Shown in pieces: positions 8,662-22,963 of a stretch of 64,000 nucleotides of DNA. Location: NCBI RefSeq assembly GCF_003018255.1, contig NZ_CP027440.1. One strand, 5' to 3'. Made by a program: the position numbers and the translations under genes. Numbering within the stretch: the stretch's first letter is position 1; each line of letters opens with the position of its first letter. The notes under the pieces are model-generated. The model ran no database searches and was not told the origin of the DNA. It saw nothing but the letters and a program-made list of their open reading frames with translations. The DNA is from Escherichia coli (GTDB lineage: Bacteria > Pseudomonadota > Gammaproteobacteria > Enterobacterales > Enterobacteriaceae).

Positions 8662-9876
8662 TTAATGATGAGCCCATTCGATGCTGTTCAGATCCACGCC
8701 CTGCTTGTACATTTCCCACAGCGGAGAAAGGTCACGCAGACGACCGATGGATTTACGAACTAACTCGATGGTGTAGTCGATCTCTTCTTCAGTAGTAAAA
8801 CGACCTAAAGAGAAACGGATAGAGCTATGTGCCAGCTCGTCGTTCAGCCCCAGCGCGCGCAGCACGTAGGACGGTTCGAGGCTTGCTGACGTACAGGCGG
8901 AACCTGAAGAAACCGCGAGGTCTTTCAGCGCCATAATCAGCGACTCACCTTCAACGTAGTTGAAGCTGACGTTGAGAATGTTCGGCGCACCGTGTTCCAG
9001 GTCACCGTTCAGGTAAACTTCTTCGATATCTTTGATGCCGTTCCACAGACGGTTACGCAGGCCGCGCAGACGTTCCATCTCGGTCGCCATCTCTTCTTTT
9101 GCGATGCGATAGGCTTCGCCCATACCGACGATCTGGTGAACAGGCAGAGTGCCGGAACGCATACCGCGCTCGTGACCGCCGCCATGCATTTGTGCTTCGA
9201 TACGTACGCGCGGTTTACGACGCACATACAGCGCACCAATACCTTTCGGGCCATAGATTTTGTGACCGGAGAAAGACATCAGGTCAACTTTCAACTGGCT
9301 CAGATCGATAGGCAGTTTGCCCACGCTCTGGGTTGCATCAACGTGATAGATAATGCCACGAGCACGGCACATTTCGCCGATAGCCGCGATATCCTGCACC
9401 ACGCCGATTTCGTTATTTACGTGCATGATGGAAACAAGGATGGTGTCGTCACGCATCGCTGCTTCGAGTTCTTTCAGGTCGATAATGCCATTACGCTGCG
9501 GTGCCAGGTAAGTGACTTCAAAACCTTCGCGCTCCAGCTGACGGCAGGTATCCAGTACCGCTTTATGTTCGGTTTTACTGGTGATGATGTGCTTGCCTTT
9601 TTTCTGATAAAAGTTGGCTGCACCTTTGATCGCCAGGTTGTCAGATTCGGTTGCACCAGAGGTAAAGACGATTTCACGCGGGTCAGCGCCGACCAGATCG
9701 GCAATCTGATTACGGGCGATATCAACCGCTTCTTCAGCCTGCCAGCCGAAACGGTGAGAACGGGAGGCCGGGTTACCAAAGGTTCCGTCCATCGTCATAA
9801 ACTGCATCATTTTCTCGGCAACACGCGGGTCCACCGGCGTGGTTGCGGAGTAGTCGAGATAAATCGGTAATTTCAT
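8662..9876 (-). CDS. iscS: cysteine desulfurase IscS (PLP-dependent)
   Basis: ORF track 8662..9900; start moved to [14 protein letters not shown]..., 404 aa; [15 protein letters not shown]-lysine motif. Confidence 0.96.
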
Positions 9877-9987
9877 TGCTCTATAAACTCCGTACATCAC
9901 TCAATGCAAGGAACCAGGCTACCGGCTGGATGTACGACCGTGTTTACGGAGTGTTTAGCACTCCGGCCTGATTCTGAATTCTTTTTA

Positions 9988-10476
9988 TTAAGCGCGTAAC
10001 TTAACGTCGATCGCGTCTTGTGTGCGGGTGCGTGGCGCGTCGTGAGTATGCTGACGACCAGACACATCCAGCACTTCCTGGTTATTAACCAGTTCGCCTA
10101 AAGTAATGTTATTGAGAAAACCGGTAAGACGGTCGCTCAAATCACGCCACAGCGCGTGGGTCAGGCATTTATCGCCGCCCTGGCAGCCGCCTTTACCCTG
10201 ACAACGGGTGGCATCTACAGATTCGTCAACGGCGCTAATCACTTCGCCAACGGCGATGCTGCTGGCATCTTTGCCTAACAGATAACCACCGCCTGGTCCA
10301 CGTACGCTGGAAACCAGACCATTTTTACGCAGACGGGAAAACAGTTGTTCCAGATAAGAAAGGGAAATTCCCTGACGTTCGGAAATATCAGCCAACGGTA
10401 CCGGGCCCGCTTCAGAGTTGAGCGCAACGTCAAGCATTGCGGTCACGGCATAGCGCCCTTTAGATGTCAGTCTCAT
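9988..10476 (-). CDS. iscR: Fe-S-cluster-containing transcriptional regulator IscR (Rrf2 family)
   Basis: ORF track, 162 aa, [20 protein letters not shown]... Confidence 0.96.
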
Positions 10477-10499
10477 GTCTTACTTCACCTCAAACTCGC

Positions 10500-10610
10500 C
10501 CCTGCCCGGGGTTTTTTATTGTAAAAGTGGGGGTATTGCATAGCAGGGTCAAGTCTGACATTCCCGAGTAAATTGGTCAACTATTTACTTGACTGATTTA
10601 GTCGGGTATT
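10500..10610 (-). promoter_or_regulatory. iscR promoter region with IscR type-1 operator sites
   Basis: Minus-strand sequence ATACCCGACTAAATCAGTCAAGTAAAT (10583-10610) matches the type-1 IscR site as I recall it; an adjacent second half-palindromic site at 10561-10583; -35-like TTGACC nearby. Confidence 0.6.
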
Positions 10611-10654
10611 TAACCTTCAGTGCCATTTTTTTATCGTGGCGTTTGTACCTGTTG

Positions 10655-10736
10655 TCGGATGCGACGTGAACGCCTTATCCGCCCAGGGGCTCTGTGCACT
10701 GCAGGCCTGATAAGACGCGTTAAGCGTCGCATCAGG
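10655..10736. repeat. BIME: two REP elements in inverted orientation
   Basis: tcggatgcgacgtgaacgccttatccg and gcctgataagacgcgttaagcgtcgcatcaggc between the trmJ stop and the iscR promoter. Confidence 0.75.
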
Positions 10737-10745
10737 CAACCACTA

Positions 10746-11486
10746 TTATTCGGCCTTGTTACCTTTATTCTGCTGCTCTATAGAAGCCAGAATCCCGCGC
10801 AGGATATTCAATTCCTGGCTTTCCGGGCGCGCACGGGTAAACAGACGGCGCAATTTATTCATCACCTGCCCCGGATGGTTTTCACGAATAAAACCGGTTG
10901 CCAGCAGCGTTTGTTCCAGATGACCATAAAAACGCTCCAGATCATCGACCAGCGGATACGGCGTCTCTTCATGCTCGACCTGCTCGCCATTTTCCTGAGT
11001 TGCCAGCCAGGCCATGCGCACTTCATAGGCAATAACCTGAACCGCCATCGCCAGGTTCAGCGAACTGTATTCCGGGTTAGCCGCAATCGCGACATGATAA
11101 TGGCATTTCTGCAGCTCTTCATTGGTCAAGCCGACGCGCTCGCGACCAAACACCAGTGCCACCGGGGTATTTGCCGCTTCAGCGACGCTTTTCAGACCGC
11201 ATTCGCGCGGGTCGAGCATCGGCCACGGCAGCGTGCGGGAGCGTGCGCTGGTGCCCACCACCAGGCTACAACCGGCTAACGCTTCGTCGAGCGTATCGAC
11301 GATGTGAGCATTACCAATCACATCGCTGGCCCCTGCTGCCAGGGCAATCGCCTGGGAGTCAGGTTTCACCAGTGGATTAACCAGCCACAGATTGGTTAAT
11401 CCCATTGTTTTCATGGCACGGGCAACAGACCCCATATTGCCGGTGTGTGACGTCTCCACCAGCACAATTCGAATATTTTGCAGCAT
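10746..11486 (-). CDS. trmJ: tRNA (cytidine/uridine-2'-O)-methyltransferase TrmJ (SPOUT family)
   Basis: ORF track, 246 aa, [20 protein letters not shown]... Confidence 0.93.
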
Positions 11487-11604
11487 TGTCTTTCTTCATC
11501 TAAAGATTATTCACGCATCTTATCATAAAACGAAGACAGATGCCGATCTCGCTGCTATACTCTGCGCCGTTTTCCCGTTCTTTAACATCCAGTGAGAGAG
11601 ACCG

Positions 11605-12408
11605 ATGCATCCGATGCTGAACATCGCCGTGCGCGCAGCGCGCAAGGCGGGTAATTTAATTGCCAAAAACTATGAAACCCCGGACGCTGTAGAAGCGAGC
11701 CAGAAAGGCAGTAACGACTTCGTGACCAACGTAGATAAAGCTGCCGAAGCGGTGATTATCGACACGATTCGTAAATCTTACCCACAGCACACCATCATCA
11801 CCGAAGAAAGCGGTGAACTTGAAGGTACTGATCAGGATGTTCAATGGGTTATCGATCCACTGGATGGCACTACCAACTTTATCAAACGTCTGCCGCACTT
11901 CGCGGTATCTATCGCCGTTCGTATCAAAGGCCGCACTGAAGTTGCTGTGGTTTACGATCCTATGCGTAACGAACTGTTCACCGCCACTCGCGGTCAGGGC
12001 GCACAGCTGAACGGCTACCGTCTGCGCGGCAGCACCGCTCGCGATCTCGACGGTACTATTCTGGCGACCGGCTTCCCGTTCAAAGCAAAACAGTACGCCA
12101 CTACCTACATCAACATCGTCGGCAAACTGTTCAACGAATGTGCAGACTTCCGTCGTACCGGTTCTGCGGCGCTGGATCTGGCTTACGTTGCTGCGGGTCG
12201 CGTTGACGGTTTCTTTGAAATCGGTCTGCGTCCGTGGGATTTCGCGGCAGGCGAGCTGCTGGTTCGTGAAGCGGGCGGCATCGTCAGCGACTTCACCGGT
12301 GGTCATAACTACATGCTGACCGGTAACATCGTTGCTGGTAACCCGCGCGTTGTTAAAGCCATGCTGGCGAACATGCGTGACGAGTTAAGCGACGCCCTGA
12401 AGCGTTAA
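11605..12408 (+). CDS. suhB: inositol monophosphatase SuhB
   Basis: ORF track, 267 aa, MHPMLNIAVRAARKAGN...; IMPase motifs DPLDGT and WDFAAG. Confidence 0.96.
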   Translation: MHPMLNIAVRAARKAGNLIAKNYETPDAVEASQKGSNDFVTNVDKAAEAVIIDTIRKSYPQHTIITEESGELEGTDQDVQWVIDPLDGTTNFIKRLPHFAVSIAVRIKGRTEVAVVYDPMRNELFTATRGQGAQLNGYRLRGSTARDLDGTILATGFPFKAKQYATTYINIVGKLFNECADFRRTGSAALDLAYVAAGRVDGFFEIGLRPWDFAAGELLVREAGGIVSDFTGGHNYMLTGNIVAGNPRVVKAMLANMRDELSDALKR

Positions 12409-12415
12409 TGACTCT

Positions 12416-12450
12416 GGCGGGTGATGTCACTCACCCGCCCTCGCCTTTCA
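12416..12450 (+). terminator. candidate terminator after suhB
   Basis: Stem ggcgggtga/tcacccgcc (9 bp) with 6-nt loop, followed by ctcgcctttca (moderate U-tract). Confidence 0.4.
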
Positions 12451-12552
12451 GGCGCTATTCCGAAATACTTCCTCACCGCTTTACTTTCTTTCGCCACTCT
12501 CCCACCATCTTTCCCCGATTAATGGATGATAAAGAAGTCGCAAGGAAAGGTT

Positions 12553-13407
12553 ATGGCGCTGCCAGTGAACAAACGCGTTCTCAAAATTCTGTTTATTCTC
12601 TTTGTTGTTGCCTTCTGCATTTATTTAATACCGCGCATCGCCATCAATTTTTTCTATTACCCTGACGACAAAATCTACGGCCCCGATCCCTGGTCAGCCG
12701 AATCAGTAGAATTCACCGCTAAAGATGGCACTCGCCTACATGGTTGGTTTATCCCTTCTGCAACTGGCCCCGCTGAAAAGGCCATTGCCACCATTATTCA
12801 TGCTCACGGCAATGCCGGAAATATGTCCGCCCACTGGCCGCTGGTCAGTTGGTTACCCGAGCGTAATTTCAACGTTTTTATGTTTGATTATCGCGGGTTT
12901 GGTAAATCAAAAGGCACGCCGTCCCAGGCCGGATTGCTGGACGATACGCAAAGTGCCATCAATGTGGTGCGCCATCGCAGTGATGTAAACCCACAACGGC
13001 TGGTGCTGTTCGGGCAGAGTATTGGCGGGGCGAATATTTTGGATGTTATTGGTCAGGGTGATCGTGAAGGCATACGTGCGGTGATCCTCGACTCCACATT
13101 TGCCTCTTATGCGACCATCGCCAACCAGATGATCCCCGGCAGTGGCTACTTACTTGATGAGAGTTACAGCGGCGAAAATTACATCGCCAGCGTCAGCCCG
13201 ATCCCGCTTTTACTGATTCACGGTAAAGCTGATCACGTTATCCCATGGCAGCACAGCGAAAAGTTGTATAGCCTGGCAAAAGAGCCAAAACGGTTGATCC
13301 TAATCCCGGATGGCGAACACATTGATGCTTTTTCCGATCGTCACGGCGATGTTTATCGCGAACAGATGGTGGATTTTATCCTTAGCGCGTTGAATCCGCA
13401 GAACTAA
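12553..13407 (+). CDS. yfhR: predicted alpha/beta-hydrolase (membrane-anchored, S9 peptidase-like)
   Basis: ORF track 12526..13407; start preferred at ATG 12553 (MALPVNKRVLKILF...) behind an AAGGAAAGG Shine-Dalgarno, 284 aa; N-terminal TM helix; GQSIGG nucleophile-elbow motif. Confidence 0.85.
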   Translation: MALPVNKRVLKILFILFVVAFCIYLIPRIAINFFYYPDDKIYGPDPWSAESVEFTAKDGTRLHGWFIPSATGPAEKAIATIIHAHGNAGNMSAHWPLVSWLPERNFNVFMFDYRGFGKSKGTPSQAGLLDDTQSAINVVRHRSDVNPQRLVLFGQSIGGANILDVIGQGDREGIRAVILDSTFASYATIANQMIPGSGYLLDESYSGENYIASVSPIPLLLIHGKADHVIPWQHSEKLYSLAKEPKRLILIPDGEHIDAFSDRHGDVYREQMVDFILSALNPQN

Positions 13408-13597
13408 CCCATGATCGCTAGCACGATAATCATTCACAAAACCACCTTAAGACATGCTAATCCACTGGTCAGAACAGTTTAAGATGAGAAAAATTCTGTG
13501 ACGCTTGCCAACATTTCTGATGATTAGCATTCCCTTCGCCATTTCCCTGAGCAAACTTTAGCTATTCTTATCAATTATGCTTATGGGAGATCTACAG

Positions 13598-14878
13598 ATG
13601 ATGCCTACGCTTGCTCCACCATCTGTCCTTTCGGCTCCCCAGCGCCGCTGCCAGATCTTGCTGACGCTCTTTCAGCCGGGGTTGACCGCCACCACGGCAA
13701 CTTTCAGCGAGCTTAATGGTGTGGATGATGATATTGCCAGTCTTGATATCAGCGAAACAGGACGGGAGATCCTGCGCTATCATCAACTCACACTGACTAC
13801 TGGTTATGACGGTAGCTACCGGGTTGAAGGTACAGTGCTTAACCAACGTTTGTGTTTATTTCACTGGCTACGACGTGGTTTCCGTCTGTGTCCGTCATTT
13901 ATTACCAGCCATTTCACCCCCGCCCTGAAGAGTGAACTGAAGCGGCGCGGAATTGCGCGTAACTTTTACGACGATACCAATCTACAAGCGTTAGTGAATC
14001 TCTGCTCCCGACGGCTGCAAAAACGCTTTGAAACGCGCGATATTCATTTCCTGTGTCTGTATCTGCAATATTGTTTGCTGCAACACCACGCTGGAATTAC
14101 GCCTCAGTTTAATCCGCTCCAACGTCGCTGGGCGGAATCCTGCCTTGAATTTCAGGTAGCGCAGGAAATTGGACGCCACTGGCAGCGTCGGGCGCTCCAG
14201 CCTGTACCGCCTGATGAGCCACTGTTTATGGCATTACTTTTTTCCATGTTGCGGGTTCCCGATCCACTGCGGGATGCGCATCAGCGGGACAGACAACTGC
14301 GTAAGTCTATCAAACGTCTGGTAAACCATTTTCGTGAGCTGGGAAATGTTCGTTTTTATGATGAACAGGGGTTATGCGATCAGCTTTATACCCACCTCGC
14401 CCAGGCGTTAAATCGCAGTTTGTTTGCCATCGGTATTGATAACACCCTGCCGGAAGAGTTCGCCCGCCTGTATCCACGCCTGGTGCGCACCACCCGCGCG
14501 GCGCTGGCCGGATTTGAAAGTGAATACGGCGTCCATCTTTCTGATGAGGAAAGCGGTCTGGTCGCGGTGATTTTTGGTGCCTGGCTAATGCAGGAAAACG
14601 ACCTGCATGAGAAACAGATTATTCTACTGACCGGGAATGATAGCGAGCGAGAAGCGCAGATTGAGCAGCAGCTACGCGAACTAACGTTACTGCCGCTCAA
14701 TATTAAACATATGTCGGTAAAGGCATTTTTGCAGACAGGCGCTCCGCGCAGCGCGGCACTGATTATTGCTCCTTATACCATGCCGTTACCGCTCTTTTCA
14801 CCACCGCTGATCTATACGGACCTGACGTTGACAACACATCAACAGGAGCAGATCCGCAAAATGCTCGAATCAGCATGA
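13598..14878 (+). CDS. csiE: stationary-phase-inducible protein CsiE
   Basis: ORF track 13577..14878; start moved to MMPTLAPPSVLSAPQRR..., 426 aa. Confidence 0.88.
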   Translation: MMPTLAPPSVLSAPQRRCQILLTLFQPGLTATTATFSELNGVDDDIASLDISETGREILRYHQLTLTTGYDGSYRVEGTVLNQRLCLFHWLRRGFRLCPSFITSHFTPALKSELKRRGIARNFYDDTNLQALVNLCSRRLQKRFETRDIHFLCLYLQYCLLQHHAGITPQFNPLQRRWAESCLEFQVAQEIGRHWQRRALQPVPPDEPLFMALLFSMLRVPDPLRDAHQRDRQLRKSIKRLVNHFRELGNVRFYDEQGLCDQLYTHLAQALNRSLFAIGIDNTLPEEFARLYPRLVRTTRAALAGFESEYGVHLSDEESGLVAVIFGAWLMQENDLHEKQIILLTGNDSEREAQIEQQLRELTLLPLNIKHMSVKAFLQTGAPRSAALIIAPYTMPLPLFSPPLIYTDLTLTTHQQEQIRKMLESA

Positions 14879-16009
14879 GGGAACAACTTTCGGGCGCAAA
14901 AACATTGCCGGAAGCGCCACCAGCGCCATCACCCAGAACACGCCGTGGCCCAGATATTGATACAGGAAACCGGCGAAAACGGTCATGATCGCAATACTGC
15001 CGCCCATCGCGACGGCAGAGTAAACCGCCTGTAAACGGATGACTTCGCTACCCTGGCGAGCGGCAATATAGCGCATGGCGGCCAGGTGGCAGACCGTGAA
15101 GGTGCCACAATGCAGAATTTGCACCACTATCAACCACGGCAACGCCGTAGTTGCTCCCATAATGCCCCAGCGCACTACGCCGCAAATCGCTGAGATCAAC
15201 AGCATATCGCGTGCACTACAACGGCGGAAAAGTTTATTACTCAGCGCAAAGATAATGACTTCCGCCACCACGCCCAGCGACCACAAATAGCCCACCGCCG
15301 AGGCCGAGTAGCCAGCAGCCTGCCAGTAAATGGCGCTAAAACCGTAATAGGCCGCATGCGCCCCCTGCAATAAACAAACGCAGGCCAGAAAGCGCCAGTT
15401 CTGGCGAACCAACGCCAACCACGCAGACCAACCGGTGCTCTCCTGCTGGCGGCTTGCCCCTTGTGGCTGAATCGTCGGACGGATGAGAAAGCCGAGCAGC
15501 ATGGATGCCACGCCCAACGTCAACAGCGCGAGGATCACCCGATAATCAAACATAGTGACCAGTTTGCCCGTCAGCGACGAGCCAATGACAAACGCCACCG
15601 AGCCCCACAATCGCACTTTGCCGTAATCAAGCGGGAACTGCTTTTGCCACGTATTCGCCAGTGCATCGGTCAACGGTACCAGCGGTGAGAAAAAGAGGTT
15701 AAAGCCAATCATCACCAGCATCAGCCACGCTACGTGCGCCCCCGCCCAGAAGGCGACAGCAAAGAGAAGTGTCAGCAGTGCCAGCACGCGCAAGGCGGAA
15801 ATCAGGCGAGAAGGATCGCTGACGCGGGGCGCGATGAGCAAGCTCCCGAGAAAACGGGCAACCAGACCTGCCCCCAATAACAGGCCGATGGTTTCTGGCG
15901 TTAAACCAATCCCCTTAAGCCAAACGCTCCAGAAAGGTAGAAAAATGCCGTAACTAAAAAAGTATGTGAAATAGCCGAGCGCCAACCAGCGCGTGGATTG
16001 CAAAACCAT
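14870..16009 (-). CDS. hcaT: MFS transporter HcaT (putative 3-phenylpropionate transporter)
   Basis: ORF track, 379 aa, polytopic membrane protein MVLQSTRWLALGYFTYFFSYG...; 9-bp convergent overlap with csiE. Confidence 0.92.
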   Translation of the reverse strand: MVLQSTRWLALGYFTYFFSYGIFLPFWSVWLKGIGLTPETIGLLLGAGLVARFLGSLLIAPRVSDPSRLISALRVLALLTLLFAVAFWAGAHVAWLMLVMIGFNLFFSPLVPLTDALANTWQKQFPLDYGKVRLWGSVAFVIGSSLTGKLVTMFDYRVILALLTLGVASMLLGFLIRPTIQPQGASRQQESTGWSAWLALVRQNWRFLACVCLLQGAHAAYYGFSAIYWQAAGYSASAVGYLWSLGVVAEVIIFALSNKLFRRCSARDMLLISAICGVVRWGIMGATTALPWLIVVQILHCGTFTVCHLAAMRYIAARQGSEVIRLQAVYSAVAMGGSIAIMTVFAGFLYQYLGHGVFWVMALVALPAMFLRPKVVPSC

Positions 16010-16168
16010 GAGTCCCTCCCGTCAGGAGGCGTTAGTCTGGGGTTAATCGAATGTTGGTGCAAGTTGAAAAATAAGAATATTCGAGCCTGCTTCCCGATGT
16101 CTGTAACGCCAGTTCACAAGCACTAAAAAACTGCGATCCGCGACGCGTTTTGCAAAAATAATGCGTAA

Positions 16169-17059
16169 TTATGCCGTTACGCTTGCCAAACGTTCCTGCA
16201 CAATGGCGATGAAATCGCGTAATGCCGGCTTCATCTCCCCTTTCTTCCACGCCATCAGTAAAGCAATGGCAGGCACATTTCCGGCAATGGGTCGAAATAC
16301 CACCTGGCCGGTATTAAAATTATTCATATAACCGGGTATCAAAGTGACGCCCAGCCCCATCCCCACCAGATTCATGGTCACCAGAATATTCGTTGCCACC
16401 TGGACGATATTTGGCTGGCTGTTTTCTTGCGCAAACCACGCTTTAACGATCGGCGCAAGCGAACCGGAATACGCTGGATCAGTACTGACGAAATTCACGC
16501 CATCCAGTTGCGCGGCAGTGATCTCTTTTTCATGTGCTAAAGGGTGATCAACCGGTAACACCACCACTAATGGTTCGTCAAAAAGCTCCAGATAATCAAT
16601 CTCCGGGCTATAAACAGGATGGCGCATTAAGCCGACGTCGAGTTCACCACGGCGAATTTTTTCTTCCTGTTCCGTGGTGATTAAACTCACCAGCTCAATT
16701 AAGGTGTCTGGCTGTCTGAGACGAAACATCGGTAATACTTTTGGCAGTAAATTCACTTCCGCCGATGGCACAAAGCCAATGGTTAATTGTCTGTCTTCCT
16801 GAACAATTTTCCGCGCCCGTAATTTGGCATTTTCCGCTTGTTCGAGGATTGCCAGCGCGTCCTGGAGAAAACATTCTCCCGCCGCCGTCAACGCGACTTT
16901 GCGCTTATCCCTCACCAGCAACGGAACACCGACACAGTTTTCAAGATCGCGGATCTGGCTGCTTAACGAAGGCTGTGAGGTATGCAGTTTTTCCGCCGCA
17001 CGGGTAAAGTTCAGTGCCTGCGCCACTGCGACGAAATAGCGTAAATGCCGTAGTTCCAT
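16169..17059 (-). CDS. hcaR: LysR-type transcriptional activator of the hca operon
   Basis: ORF track 16169..17152; start moved to ATG at 17057-17059 (MELRHLRYFVAVAQ...), 296 aa; divergent from hcaE. Confidence 0.93.
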   Translation of the reverse strand: MELRHLRYFVAVAQALNFTRAAEKLHTSQPSLSSQIRDLENCVGVPLLVRDKRKVALTAAGECFLQDALAILEQAENAKLRARKIVQEDRQLTIGFVPSAEVNLLPKVLPMFRLRQPDTLIELVSLITTEQEEKIRRGELDVGLMRHPVYSPEIDYLELFDEPLVVVLPVDHPLAHEKEITAAQLDGVNFVSTDPAYSGSLAPIVKAWFAQENSQPNIVQVATNILVTMNLVGMGLGVTLIPGYMNNFNTGQVVFRPIAGNVPAIALLMAWKKGEMKPALRDFIAIVQERLASVTA

Positions 17060-17158
17060 CACCTTCCCCTTGTTATCGAAAAAACGTCTCAGCTGGTAGA
17101 AATTAACTATTTCACATATCAGCAACCAACCAGCAACATCCTTATGGCACAAAAATAG

Positions 17159-19070
<1,912 letters not shown>

Positions 19071-19071
<1 letters not shown>

Positions 19072-19391
19072 TGAATCGAATTTATGCGTGTCCCGTTGCG
19101 GATGTGCCGGAGGGTGAGGCTCTCCGGATCGATACCTCGCCCGTCATCGCCCTGTTCAACGTAGGCGGCGAGTTTTATGCCATTAACGATCGTTGCAGCC
19201 ATGGTAATGCGTCGATGTCAGAAGGGTATCTGGAAGATGACGCCACGGTGGAGTGCCCGCTGCACGCCGCCAGTTTTTGCCTGAAAACGGGGAAAGCGTT
19301 ATGCCTGCCCGCCACCGATCCGCTAACCACTTATCCAGTACACGTTGAAGGTGGTGACATCTTCATCGACTTACCGGAGGCGCAGCCATGA
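19071..19391 (+). CDS. hcaC: Rieske-type ferredoxin of 3-phenylpropionate dioxygenase
   Basis: ORF track, 106 aa; Rieske motif CSHGNASM...CPLHAASF. Confidence 0.94.
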
Positions 19392-20200
19392 GCGATCTGC
19401 ATAACGAGTCCATCTTTATTACCGGCGGCGGATCGGGATTAGGCCTGGCGCTGGCCGAGCGATTTATCGAAGAAGGCGCGCAGGTTGCCACGCTGGAACT
19501 GTCGGCGGCAAAAGTCGCCAGTCTGCGTCAGCGATTTGGCGAACATATTCTGGCGGTGGAAGGTAACGTGACCTGCTATGCCGATTATCAACGCGCGGTT
19601 AATCAGATCCTGACTCGTTCTGGCAAGCTGGATTGTTTTATCGGCAATGCGGGCATCTGGGATCACAATGCCTCACTGGTTAACACTCCCGCAGAGACGC
19701 TCGAAACCGGCTTCCACGAGCTGTTTAATGTCAACGTACTCGGTTACCTGCTGGGCGCAAAAGCCTGCGCTCCGGCGTTAATCGCCAGTGAAGGCAGCAT
19801 GATTTTCACACTGTCAAACGCCGCCTGGTATCCCGGCGGCGGTGGCCCGCTGTACACCGCCAGTAAACATGCCGCAACCGGACTTATTCGCCAACTGGCT
19901 TATGAACTGGCACCGAAAGTGCGGGTGAATGGCGTCGGCCCGTGTGGTATGGCCAGCGACCTGCGCGGCCCACAGGCGCTCGGGCAAAGTGAAACCTCGA
20001 TAATGCAGTCTCTGACGCCGGAGAAAATTGCCGCCATTTTACCGCTGCAATTTTTCCCGCAACCGGCGGATTTTACGGGTCCGTATGTGATGTTGGCATC
20101 GCGGCGCAATAATCGCGCATTAAGCGGTGTGATGATCAACGCTGATGCGGGTTTAGCGATTCGCGGCATTCGCCACGTAGCGGCTGGGCTGGATCTTTAA
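19388..20200 (+). CDS. hcaB: cis-dihydrodiol dehydrogenase (SDR family)
   Basis: ORF track, 270 aa; glycine-rich TGGGSGLG nucleotide-binding motif. Confidence 0.94.
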   Translation: MSDLHNESIFITGGGSGLGLALAERFIEEGAQVATLELSAAKVASLRQRFGEHILAVEGNVTCYADYQRAVNQILTRSGKLDCFIGNAGIWDHNASLVNTPAETLETGFHELFNVNVLGYLLGAKACAPALIASEGSMIFTLSNAAWYPGGGGPLYTASKHAATGLIRQLAYELAPKVRVNGVGPCGMASDLRGPQALGQSETSIMQSLTPEKIAAILPLQFFPQPADFTGPYVMLASRRNNRALSGVMINADAGLAIRGIRHVAAGLDL

Positions 20201-21412
<1,212 letters not shown>

Positions 21413-21508
21413 CCAGGATAATTAGCGAATATCTCAATGCCAGGGGCGTGGCGAGGTGCAAGAGTGTGTATTACGTTTAAATCACATTATCTTGCAAAGG
21501 GATTGGTT

Positions 21509-21931
21509 ATGAACTCACTACGTTATTTTGATTTTGGTGCTGCACGCCCCGTTTTGTTATTAATTGCCCGTATCGCCGTGGTCTTAATTTTCATTATTTT
21601 TGGTTTTCCCAAAATGATGGGCTTTGACGGTACGGTCCAATATATGGCCTCGCTGGGCGCGCCGATGCCGATGCTGGCAGCGATTATTGCGGTAGTTATG
21701 GAAGTGCCCGCCGCGATATTAATCGTGCTTGGCTTTTTCACCCGTCCGCTGGCGGTGCTGTTTATTTTCTACACGCTGGGTACGGCGGTGATTGGTCACC
21801 ATTACTGGGATATGACCGGCGATGCGGTTGGGCCAAATATGATTAATTTCTGGAAGAATGTCAGTATCGCTGGCGCATTCCTGCTGTTGGCAATTACCGG
21901 GCCGGGGGCGATTTCTCTCGATCGGCGTTAG
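21509..21931 (+). CDS. yphA: DoxX-family inner membrane protein
   Basis: ORF track 21437..21931; start moved to ATG 21509 ([18 protein letters not shown]...), 140 aa, very hydrophobic. Confidence 0.85.
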   Translation: MNSLRYFDFGAARPVLLLIARIAVVLIFIIFGFPKMMGFDGTVQYMASLGAPMPMLAAIIAVVMEVPAAILIVLGFFTRPLAVLFIFYTLGTAVIGHHYWDMTGDAVGPNMINFWKNVSIAGAFLLLAITGPGAISLDRR

Positions 21932-21936
21932 GAAAG

Positions 21937-22070
21937 ATGCCGGATGCGGCGTGAACGCCTTATCCTGCCTACCGTTCCAACACCAATTGTAGGCCTGATA
22001 AGACGCGGCAAGCGTCGCATCAGGCATCGTGCGCCGAGTGCCGGATGCGGTGTGAACGCCTTATCCGGCA
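21937..22070. repeat. BIME cluster: three REP elements
   Basis: gatgccggatgcggcgtgaacgccttatcc, ggcctgataagacgcggcaagcgtcgcatcaggc and tgccggatgcggtgtgaacgccttatccggca between convergent yphA and yphB. Confidence 0.8.
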
Positions 22071-22079
22071 TTTTATAAA

Positions 22080-22952
22080 TTACAGTAACGCAACCCGCAA
22101 CGACATCTCTGAAGTTGTTGATTCCCCTGGTGCAAGCGCAATGAGGTCACCACCTTCCGGGCGATGATGGTCATCTGGCGCATGGCTCATCGGTTCCAGA
22201 CAGAAGAAATCAAACGCATATCCTTTATCAAACGCCGGGTCGGAAACAAAGATGAAATAACACGGTGCAGGTGGCGTCGTTTCTATGATGATGGCATAAC
22301 CCTCCTGCGGCTGCTCGATGCGGGCCTGACCATTCCATCCGGCAAAACCATTGTTCACCCACTGGCGCGGCAACGGCGCGAGCTGGTTAAAATCCAATTC
22401 TTGCGGTAGCTGCTCGCAAAACTCACCCGCCAGCCACTGCTCCCGCTCCAGCCAGTAACCGCTCGCCTGTGCCTGAATCCGCGTTTGCGGCGACAACGGA
22501 AAATAAGGATGCCAGCCGGTACCAAATGGCAGCGTCTCTGCCCCTTGATTGGTGACAGAGAGTGTCACCGTCAGCGTATCCGCCGTTAAATGAAACGTCT
22601 GGCTTACCCGATAGTGATAAACACCGCTGCGATGTTCATACACCAGACACAAGATATCATCATTGCGCGAGACACATTGCCACTGCCCCAGCCAGCCGTC
22701 GCCGTGCAGATAGTGCGCATCCCACTCAACATTCGGTTGCAGTTGATACTCACGCCCCTGCCAGACAAAACGGTTGCCGCTCACCCGGTTTGCAAATGGC
22801 ACCAGCGGAAAACAAGAGGCATCGGTTGCCACACCGTTTTTTTTACCAGGACGTAAGAGCGGCGTCGTATCGCGCCAGAAGCCTTCGATTACGCCGCCCT
22901 GGTCAGAAACGCCCAGCTTTAGCGACCCGTGGGATAAGGTATAGATGGTCAT
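22080..22952 (-). CDS. yphB: aldose 1-epimerase (mutarotase) family protein
   Basis: ORF track, 290 aa, MTIYTLSHGSLKLGVSDQGGVIEGFW... Confidence 0.9.
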   Translation of the reverse strand: MTIYTLSHGSLKLGVSDQGGVIEGFWRDTTPLLRPGKKNGVATDASCFPLVPFANRVSGNRFVWQGREYQLQPNVEWDAHYLHGDGWLGQWQCVSRNDDILCLVYEHRSGVYHYRVSQTFHLTADTLTVTLSVTNQGAETLPFGTGWHPYFPLSPQTRIQAQASGYWLEREQWLAGEFCEQLPQELDFNQLAPLPRQWVNNGFAGWNGQARIEQPQEGYAIIIETTPPAPCYFIFVSDPAFDKGYAFDFFCLEPMSHAPDDHHRPEGGDLIALAPGESTTSEMSLRVALL

Positions 22953-22963
22953 CCGCTAACTCC

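Noticed and set aside
8992-9870. 292-aa plus-strand ORF antisense to iscS
   Set aside because: Antisense shadow ORF within a highly conserved gene; no independent start signals.
13408-13597. Possible CRP site (TGTGAcgcttgCCAAC) upstream of csiE
   Set aside because: Only the left half-site matches the TGTGA-N6-TCACA consensus well; too weak to call without a scoring matrix.
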